A DNA stretch of 64,000 nt from a virus, in IMG/VR virus record IMGVR_UViG_3300046002_008717, positions 32,001-96,000 of that record; one strand, given 5' to 3'. The notes under the pieces are model-generated. The model saw only the letters and a list, made by a program, of their open reading frames with translations, searched no databases and was not told where the DNA came from. Below are positions 56,975 through 64,000 of this stretch, piece after piece. The position numbers were made by a program, and so were the translations under genes. Position 1 is the stretch's first letter. Every line of letters begins with the position of its first letter.

Positions 56975-58945
56975 ATGTATAAAATGTCAATAAATAAAAT
57001 GTTAAACGAGAATTTGGTTTTTATTCTAGATAGACAAACTTCTATCCTGGAATCAACTAAGATTGATTCTGAGCATTATGTACTGGAAGGTACGGCTGCT
57101 GTTTTCGGAAAGGAAAACAACAATGCAAGAATTTACGAAGAAGCAGAATATCTACCTCATCTAAATTATCTTAATGAGAAAATAGCTCAAAGAAGATTAG
57201 TTGGTGAATTAGATCACCCTGAGAAATTTGACGTTTCGCTTAAAAACATTTCACATATAATAGAAGGTCTTAATTACGATAAGGATACAAGAGAATTAAA
57301 AATAAAAGTTAGACTTTTAGATACCCCGATGGGTTTAATAGCTAAAAATCTTGTTGATGCTGGTGTACCTTTATCTATATCATCTAGAGCTGCTGGATCA
57401 GTAGGTAATGATAAAAAGGTAATGATCAAAAAAATATTTACATATGATCTAGTTGCTGATCCTGGTTTTCAAGATGCCCAACTAGGTAGAGTATATGAAA
57501 GCGTTGGATATTCATCGGAAGATTTCTCTAATATTAAGGATAAAGATGTAACTAATAACTTATTTTGTTTAAATGAGCAATTGGGTCTAAAAAATGAATC
57601 TGGTATGAAGATATATAAAGTTGAAAATAACGAGGAATTTAATAAACTCGTATCGACATTGGACAAAAATAAACAAACACTCATGGAGAATAATGAATTC
57701 GTTACTACTGAAGATCTTAATGGATATTCAATCTTTCTAAAAAAAGAAATGGATGCTATGAATACCAAGATTTCTGAACTTAAAGAGTCAAAGGAATCAT
57801 TAACTGAATCAGCTATAGAAGATAGAAATACAGAATTAGAAGAAAGAGTTATTAAATTAGAAAAATATTCTGAATATTTAGCTGAAAATCTGGACAATGC
57901 TATTAAATACGGAGAATATCTTGCAAAAAATTTAGATGAAAGTATTAACTATAGTAAATATCTTGCTGAAAATTTAGATACTAATATTACATATACTAAA
58001 TCTGTTGATGAAAATGTAACTAAAGGAATTTCTTATTCTGAATATGTTGCAGAAAGTGTTGATAGAAGTATAGAATATTCCAAATATCTTGCTGAGAAAG
58101 TTGATCAGAATATACAATATTCTGAATACATAGGTGAAAATTTAGAAAAAGGAATAGCTTATAGCGAATATCTAGGTGAGAATTTAGAAAAAGGAATAGC
58201 TTATACCGAGTATCTTGCAGAAAATTTAAATAATGGAATTAAAAAGACTGAAGCATTAGATGAGACAGTTAATAAAAATATACAATATGCTAATTATTTA
58301 GCAGAAAATGTTAACAAAGGTTTGGATTATTCCGAATATATTTCAGAGAGATTAACAAAATCTATTTCATATACTGAATATATAAGTGAAAGTATAAATA
58401 CTAACACTATGAAACCAAGTGAAACATTAAGAGAAGGCGTAGAACTTTCATCTGAAGCAGGATTAAACGAATCTGGTTTTGGTGGAGATTATACAGATCT
58501 TACAAGTAAAATAGATAATTTGATAGAATCAGTTAAAACACAAAAAACTGAATCAGATATAAATGAAGCTTCTAATAAAATGAAGCAAGTAGCCAATACA
58601 CAAGAGGCTAAAGAAGAAGAAGTTCTTAACGAAAAGGAAAACACTAATAAAACTGGACTTAAGTTTATAGACGAAATTCCTGAAGATTATGCTAAAGTAT
58701 GGGAATCACTTACAGATGGTCACAAGCAATCAATTATTGCTCAAAGCCACACCTGGAATTTAGATACACCATACCAGATCAGAAACTTCTGGTCAACACG
58801 TCAACTTGGAACAGCTCCAATAGGGGTTCAAAAATTAGACGAGAATGAAAACACGGAAATATCCAATACACCAACATTAGGTTATAGCAACGATTATATG
58901 GCTGCTATCGCTTCAGCATTGGATAAAAAATTCCAAATAAGATAA
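56975..58945 (+). CDS. gp21: Prohead protease (gp21-like) fused to a scaffold-like domain
   Basis: N.N.RIY, GELDHP, ISH, LLDTP.G, ISSRAAG, YDLVADPG; then an acidic coiled coil with 14-aa repeats. Confidence 0.9.
   Translation: MYKMSINKMLNENLVFILDRQTSILESTKIDSEHYVLEGTAAVFGKENNNARIYEEAEYLPHLNYLNEKIAQRRLVGELDHPEKFDVSLKNISHIIEGLNYDKDTRELKIKVRLLDTPMGLIAKNLVDAGVPLSISSRAAGSVGNDKKVMIKKIFTYDLVADPGFQDAQLGRVYESVGYSSEDFSNIKDKDVTNNLFCLNEQLGLKNESGMKIYKVENNEEFNKLVSTLDKNKQTLMENNEFVTTEDLNGYSIFLKKEMDAMNTKISELKESKESLTESAIEDRNTELEERVIKLEKYSEYLAENLDNAIKYGEYLAKNLDESINYSKYLAENLDTNITYTKSVDENVTKGISYSEYVAESVDRSIEYSKYLAEKVDQNIQYSEYIGENLEKGIAYSEYLGENLEKGIAYTEYLAENLNNGIKKTEALDETVNKNIQYANYLAENVNKGLDYSEYISERLTKSISYTEYISESINTNTMKPSETLREGVELSSEAGLNESGFGGDYTDLTSKIDNLIESVKTQKTESDINEASNKMKQVANTQEAKEEEVLNEKENTNKTGLKFIDEIPEDYAKVWESLTDGHKQSIIAQSHTWNLDTPYQIRNFWSTRQLGTAPIGVQKLDENENTEISNTPTLGYSNDYMAAIASALDKKFQIR
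57866..58393 (+). repeat. About 13 copies of a 42-bp/14-aa repeat, YxEYLAENLxKxIx
   Basis: Visible in the translation: YSEYLAENLDNAIK, YSEYIGENLEKGIA, YSEYLGENLEKGIA and others. Confidence 0.9.
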
Positions 58946-58961
58946 AAAAATTAATTAAATC

Positions 58962-60635
58962 ATGAAATTGATTAACGAACAAGAAATCTACGATACCTGG
59001 TCACCGCTTATTGAAAGCAAAGCTGGTATTACAGACGAAAATAAAAAAGTATGGTTGACTAAATATTGTCATTACCATTCATTAAACGAATCTGCCGGAG
59101 CTTATAATTCATTAGGAGTTGTAAACGGTATGGGTAACGTTGCTGCACCGGTATATCCTACTGGTAATGCTAATACTGCATTTTACAATACAGGAAATCA
59201 AGGTTCAGGAGATAAATTCCCTTCATTATTGCCTTTAGCTATACAAGTAGCTGCTAAGACAATCGGGTTTGATATCGTACCTGTTATACCTATGTCAGGA
59301 CCAACAGGTATCTTATCTTACTTAGATTATGTATACGCTGGTGGTAAAATTGGAGCTGCTTCTGCATCTACTGCTGCTGATCAGTTAGCTTCTGCACCTT
59401 CTATGATTAAATTCCCAGTTGAGGTAGCAGGAATTACAGGTGGTACTGGCGCTAGCGCTACTACTTTTACTGTTGGTACTACTTACACTGTTAATACTAC
59501 TTTAGAATTAACATTCATCGGATTATCAAGAATAGATGGATTCCCTATATTTAAAGTAACTGCAATAGCACAAGGTAGCAATATCTCTACTTATTTCAAC
59601 GGTACTTCTTATCAGGTTGGAACTAGCGGATTCTATACAGTGGGAACAGCAGGTTCTGCACAATTAGTTAAAGCTTTGCAAGATCATATTCAAGGATATG
59701 TTGGAGCTGGTTCTACTAATAGTGATGCTTGGCAAGGTCCTTATGTAGATGGTACTAAAACGTACAACCCTATGTTAAGAGGAACTGGTGAGTCTACTTA
59801 CTATAACTCAATGGGTCTTTCAACTTTCACTAAATTCGTTGAAGCTGAAACTTTCCAAGTAGCTGCTGCAGTTACAACTGAGCAAATTCAGGATCTTAAC
59901 AAACAATTCGGTATCGACGTTATCTCAATGATCGAAAACGCATTGGTTAATGAAGTTTCTCAGGCTATTAACAAACACATACTTTCAAGAGCATTTGCTC
60001 TAGGATGGTCAAATCACTTACAATTTAGCTTAGTTGAAAGTCAAAACCTTAACCTTAACTTAGTGTTAAGTGGTGCTGCTGGTACAACTTTAGCGTATGT
60101 GAAAAAAGACGACACTGCATCAACTATGGTAATCCCTGCTGGTCCAGTATCAGGAGGATATGAAAACTTATCAACTCTACAAAGAAGATTGTTTTCAAGA
60201 ATACTTGCAGGTGCTAATGTAGTTGCAAATAGAGGTAGAAGAGGACCTGCTAACTTCATCGTTACTAACGCTGCTTTAGCTAGTGCACTTCAAGATATTT
60301 CTCAGTTCACTTTTGCTCCATTCTCTAATACTTTAACTCAAAATAATGGTACTTTATACCCTGTAGGTTCACTTGCTGGTATGACCGTTTATGTAGATCA
60401 GAACATGAACTACAACGATACCAGAATCTTGATCGGTAGAAAAGGTGGTGACGATGAGCCAGGTATTAAATTCATGCCTTACATGATGGCAGAAAGCATT
60501 CAGACAATCTCTGAAGGTACTATGTCACCTAAAATCGCGGTAAAATCTAGATATGCTTTAGTTGAAGCTGGATTCTTACCAGAAACTATGTACTTAACAT
60601 TATTTGTACAAGTACCAGTTGGTGGTTTGGCATAA
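58962..60635 (+). CDS. gp23: Major capsid protein (T4 gp23-like)
   Basis: W.PL.E, V.PMSGPTG, T.EQ.QDL...GID, E....IN..I, RRG.ANFIV, G.L.G..VYVD, G.KG, FMPY, P...VKSRYAL. Confidence 0.95.
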   Translation: MKLINEQEIYDTWSPLIESKAGITDENKKVWLTKYCHYHSLNESAGAYNSLGVVNGMGNVAAPVYPTGNANTAFYNTGNQGSGDKFPSLLPLAIQVAAKTIGFDIVPVIPMSGPTGILSYLDYVYAGGKIGAASASTAADQLASAPSMIKFPVEVAGITGGTGASATTFTVGTTYTVNTTLELTFIGLSRIDGFPIFKVTAIAQGSNISTYFNGTSYQVGTSGFYTVGTAGSAQLVKALQDHIQGYVGAGSTNSDAWQGPYVDGTKTYNPMLRGTGESTYYNSMGLSTFTKFVEAETFQVAAAVTTEQIQDLNKQFGIDVISMIENALVNEVSQAINKHILSRAFALGWSNHLQFSLVESQNLNLNLVLSGAAGTTLAYVKKDDTASTMVIPAGPVSGGYENLSTLQRRLFSRILAGANVVANRGRRGPANFIVTNAALASALQDISQFTFAPFSNTLTQNNGTLYPVGSLAGMTVYVDQNMNYNDTRILIGRKGGDDEPGIKFMPYMMAESIQTISEGTMSPKIAVKSRYALVEAGFLPETMYLTLFVQVPVGGLA

Positions 60636-60653
60636 TACTTTAAATAGTTATTT

Positions 60654-60685
60654 AAAAGTCCTAAGTTTACTTAGGACTTTTTTTT
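60654..60685 (+). terminator. Intrinsic terminator after MCP
   Basis: AAAAGTCCTAAG-TTTA-CTTAGGACTTTT plus T run. Confidence 0.88.
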
Positions 60686-60713
60686 GTTAGATATAAATAA
60701 GTTATAACATGTT

Positions 60714-60721
60714 GATATATA
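60714..60721 (+). promoter_or_regulatory. Putative late promoter GATATATA
   Basis: Recurrent motif. Confidence 0.6.
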
Positions 60722-60743
60722 CATAGAAAAATATAACAATCAT

Positions 60744-61883
60744 ATGATAAATATGCCTTCCTTCTCTGAGTTTCTTGAATACGATTCACTTATAGAGAGT
60801 ATCGATATTAAATTGGTAGAAGAATTAAAAGAAATTGATATTACTAACCTTGAATATAATATAAACGAAGGTCGAATTGGTAATATATTAAAAAATAAAT
60901 TATCTAAATTCCTATTAGGATCTTTTTCTGGTATAGGTATGTTAGATCAGGCGGTAAGCATAATATTATCTTTAGAAATAGATCTGGTAAAGAAAGAATA
61001 TGCACTTGAAGATACTATAGCCAATATAGAAAAAGAGATAAAAGAAACTAGTGATAATGATAGAAAACTTGCATTGCAAAATGAAAAAGTTGCAAAGATA
61101 AGAGAATTTGAAGCATTCAACAAAGCACAGGAACTTAAAATTAAGAAATCCAAAAATGTTGCTAAAAAATTAGTGGATGATAATCATAGAAGAAGAGAAT
61201 ATTTGGAGGGATGCTACGCTGAAAACGCGCTTGCACTTGCTGAGGTTGAATATGATTTAGCAAAAGCCCACTCTGAAGATCAGAGTAAACTTAGTAAATA
61301 TGCAGATAAGGTAAAAACCGCTAGTGCTGAAGTTGATGCATTAGCAAAGGAAATGGAGGAAGAAGTTGATAGTGCAAATAAACGAAAATCCAATCTGGAT
61401 GATTTTTCAATCAACCCAGAACCTGAGAAGAAATTATTAACCAAAAAAAGAGGTGGTGATATAATTAAAAGGAAAAATGAATTAGAAAAAGAAATATCCG
61501 ATACTAAAGCTGATATGGAAAGAAAGCTTAATGCATTAGAAGCTAAACTTAAAAGATCAGATAAACCACTTAGTCCTAGATATTTAGAAAATAATAAATT
61601 GGATATAATAGAAATGGCTGCAACTCTTGATTATAAAAGAAATCTTTTAGCAACTCTTTCAAGTTTGGGTAAATCCGTTGTTGGGATAGATAAGAATCTA
61701 GATAACAAAGATGCTGTATCTAATGCTTTATCTAAAGTAAATGCAAATGCAAACACTGCAAAATCTGCATCTGGACCTCTTTCTAAAGAACTTAAAAATA
61801 AGCTTTCATTAGTTGGTATTAATAAATCTGGTAAATTAACTCTTGATACGATTGAACAAATCAGAAAAAAATTAAATTTATAA
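60744..61883 (+). CDS. Coiled-coil protein, candidate internal head protein
   Basis: N-terminal SFSEF...LIES...INEG; weakly paralogous to the next ORF. Confidence 0.6.
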   Translation: MINMPSFSEFLEYDSLIESIDIKLVEELKEIDITNLEYNINEGRIGNILKNKLSKFLLGSFSGIGMLDQAVSIILSLEIDLVKKEYALEDTIANIEKEIKETSDNDRKLALQNEKVAKIREFEAFNKAQELKIKKSKNVAKKLVDDNHRRREYLEGCYAENALALAEVEYDLAKAHSEDQSKLSKYADKVKTASAEVDALAKEMEEEVDSANKRKSNLDDFSINPEPEKKLLTKKRGGDIIKRKNELEKEISDTKADMERKLNALEAKLKRSDKPLSPRYLENNKLDIIEMAATLDYKRNLLATLSSLGKSVVGIDKNLDNKDAVSNALSKVNANANTAKSASGPLSKELKNKLSLVGINKSGKLTLDTIEQIRKKLNL

Positions 61884-62779
61884 TGACTTTAAAATTTAAG
61901 GAATGGTCAGTATTGAACGAATCTGGCATGGAAGATAAAATTAAAGATTGGTTTAGTAGCAATTTTGGTGGGGCTAATAGTAAATTAAATAATCTATTAG
62001 GTGAATATAAATCTGCTGAACTTGAATATCTGGATGAATGGGAGAAAATACATGATGCCATAGATAAACTTTCATTAGAAAGATCACAGATCAAAAGCGA
62101 TCCTGCGGAATTGAAAAAAACCGATAAATTTATACAGAGAAATAATGAATCTCTTGCTGCTGGTGAAAAAGCACATTCTAGAAAGATTGATTATATAATG
62201 AATAAGGTTAAGAAAGTTATAGACGAGGACGAAAGACTTAAAAAGTATTGGGAATTAAATAAATCTAAACTTGATTCAGAAATAGCAGAGGATATGTATA
62301 ATAGATCTAAGGATCTAGCAAGTAGCACATTATCTGGTGAATTATATAATAAATATAAAGCAGCTGTATTAAAAGCAAAAGATAGGGATACCGAATTCAA
62401 AAAAGAATATGGTGATCTTTTAAGCGGTTCTGATTTTAGATCGGAAAGCTCAGGTACTAATAGAAGTAAAGTAATTGGATCTGCTGGTGAAGTCAGTGGT
62501 TATGCTAAAATGAATCTTGGTGATTTTTCTAGAAGCGTTAAAAACATGGATCCTAAACAAATAAAAGATCTAGTTGCTAAATTAGTACAGAATAGAAATG
62601 AATTATATACGCAAATGGAAGTAGAGAGAGAAGCTCTTAATGATCTTATTTCTAAAAAAGAAGGTGATGGCGCAACTAAGGAAAGCGCTGCTAATAAGGT
62701 TACTGAAATCCGTGCTAAATATATGGATAAAATTAAGGAATTACGTTCAAAAATAACAATAGCAAGAAGAAATGATTAG
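61883..62779 (+). CDS. Coiled-coil protein, candidate internal head protein
   Basis: N-terminal MTLKFKEWSVLNES. Confidence 0.6.
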   Translation: MTLKFKEWSVLNESGMEDKIKDWFSSNFGGANSKLNNLLGEYKSAELEYLDEWEKIHDAIDKLSLERSQIKSDPAELKKTDKFIQRNNESLAAGEKAHSRKIDYIMNKVKKVIDEDERLKKYWELNKSKLDSEIAEDMYNRSKDLASSTLSGELYNKYKAAVLKAKDRDTEFKKEYGDLLSGSDFRSESSGTNRSKVIGSAGEVSGYAKMNLGDFSRSVKNMDPKQIKDLVAKLVQNRNELYTQMEVEREALNDLISKKEGDGATKESAANKVTEIRAKYMDKIKELRSKITIARRND

Positions 62780-63032
62780 TTATAAAGATTATAGTAAATT
62801 AACGGAGGCATCAGATAATACTAAGTTACAAGAGATTAAACTTAATATTGCTAAAAAATTTGATGATATAACAGAAGCTAAAAAATTAAAAAAACCAGGG
62901 GATAGAAATTCCGAAATTCTAAGTGTAGATAAGCAAGCTGCTATATATTTGGAAATTTCTGGATTGATGAAAATGCTTTCCGGAGAGATGAGAAAGCCAA
63001 CAGTGACTAAGCCGTCTACAGATACATACTAA
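62772..63032 (+). CDS. Small protein, candidate internal head protein
   Basis: N-terminal MISYKDYSKLTEA. Confidence 0.6.
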   Translation: MISYKDYSKLTEASDNTKLQEIKLNIAKKFDDITEAKKLKKPGDRNSEILSVDKQAAIYLEISGLMKMLSGEMRKPTVTKPSTDTY

Positions 63033-63045
63033 AAAATAAAAAGAC

Positions 63046-64000
63046 ATGAATAAGAATCCACAAATAAACAATCCAGTAGCTAAAAATTTATTAGATAGCT
63101 ACAATTACGGTAAACTTTTTGAAAACGAATTAGTCGATGCACTATTAAATAAAATAACTGCTAATGCTTTGGAGGTTTTCAAAATACTTATATTTGATAT
63201 AGCACCAAAAAGGGATAGGAATCCAGAAGCTACCAGAGCCAAATTATCACTTATGGCTAATGCTAAAAATGTAAAAGAATTATCTTCTATATTAACTAAT
63301 GATACTATGGATGTTGATGTGGTAAATTCTAAATATTCGGAAGCAAAAAGATTATATCAGCTTTCACTTGAGAAGTTTGCAGAAGCTTTAGAAAGAGGAG
63401 TAGAGATAAGTAAAGAAAAAGAAGAAGGCATACTCGCATACGCTAAGAATGCGGCACAAAAATTACAAAACTCATTTGACAATAGGGCTAAAGAATATCA
63501 AGCTGAATTGGATAGTAAAACACAGAACAGCTCAGAAGAATCTTTCTATTTCAGTGACGATATCCTTAATGAAAATGGATTATTTACCGGATATAAAGGT
63601 AGAGTCGATTCATTGAGAAAAATGCTAGTAAATTTAATAAGCTCAGCTGAAGGTAAGGATGGTAAAAATGGGTATGGTAGAGATTGGAAGAGAACTTTTC
63701 TTGATCTTGATGAGAAAAGAAAAGCATTAGATAACGGAAGAGGCGGATTTGGTGAAAAGGACAAAAGATCACTAGATGAACTTGAAAAACAAGTAGATAA
63801 ATTTAGACTTGATTTTTTAACTGCATCCAATAAATCTATAGATAATGATTTATTGAAAATTCAAAATGATGAGGAGATCAAAGGATCATATTCGGATGTT
63901 ACTGATTTAACAACAGAGGCACTCGAACTTAAAACTAGGGCTGATGCACAAAGAAATATTGCAATAGGCGAGATAGGTGATGACCATAAGACGAAGGAAG
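63046..64000 (+). CDS. Helical hypothetical protein, 3'-truncated by the window (not in the ORF track)
   Basis: ATG at 63046 (MNKNPQINNPVAKNLLDSYNYGKLFENEL...) stays open to the end; LFE and LNE sites. Confidence 0.75.
   Translation, partial: MNKNPQINNPVAKNLLDSYNYGKLFENELVDALLNKITANALEVFKILIFDIAPKRDRNPEATRAKLSLMANAKNVKELSSILTNDTMDVDVVNSKYSEAKRLYQLSLEKFAEALERGVEISKEKEEGILAYAKNAAQKLQNSFDNRAKEYQAELDSKTQNSSEESFYFSDDILNENGLFTGYKGRVDSLRKMLVNLISSAEGKDGKNGYGRDWKRTFLDLDEKRKALDNGRGGFGEKDKRSLDELEKQVDKFRLDFLTASNKSIDNDLLKIQNDEEIKGSYSDVTDLTTEALELKTRADAQRNIAIGEIGDDHKTKE

Noticed and set aside
1-64000. Stop-codon reassignment as seen in some gut megaphages
   Set aside because: Core genes are full length in code 11, and TAG/TGA serve as normal stops (e.g. 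34038, 53565, 31059)

Overview
A 64-kb segment of a very AT-rich, large T4-like (contractile-tailed) jumbo phage genome. It reads cleanly in the standard genetic code. The host is probably in Bacteroidota: there are TAnnTTTG promoters and A-rich, SD-less translation starts. Layout: (1) about 1-11.5 kb, a fibre module with two giant Gly-Thr-Ser triplet-repeat proteins and small accessory ORFs; (2) 11.6-20.0 kb, minus strand, a six-gene glycosylation operon with about 7 glycosyltransferase-like domains (one is TibC/Aah-type protein O-glycosyltransferase-like), a DegT aminotransferase and a GNAT acetyltransferase; (3) 20-64 kb, the T4-like morphogenesis core: neck, terminase, sheath, two tail tubes, baseplate/tape-measure-like genes, head completion, two portals, a protease-scaffold fusion, major capsid protein and candidate internal head proteins. 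Replication and nucleotide genes and two sigma factors are interleaved with the core. Strongest hidden signals: a candidate virion-glycosylation system (Ser/Thr-dense fibres plus a protein O-glycosyltransferase operon); a three-tier promoter cascade readable from intergenic DNA (host TAnnTTTG, then ECF-type GAAAC-N16/17-STAWRA, then late GATATATA); a likely -1 frameshift extending a head protein; tandem portal paralogues; and a candidate structured small RNA. All product calls come from motif recognition by eye; no searches were run.
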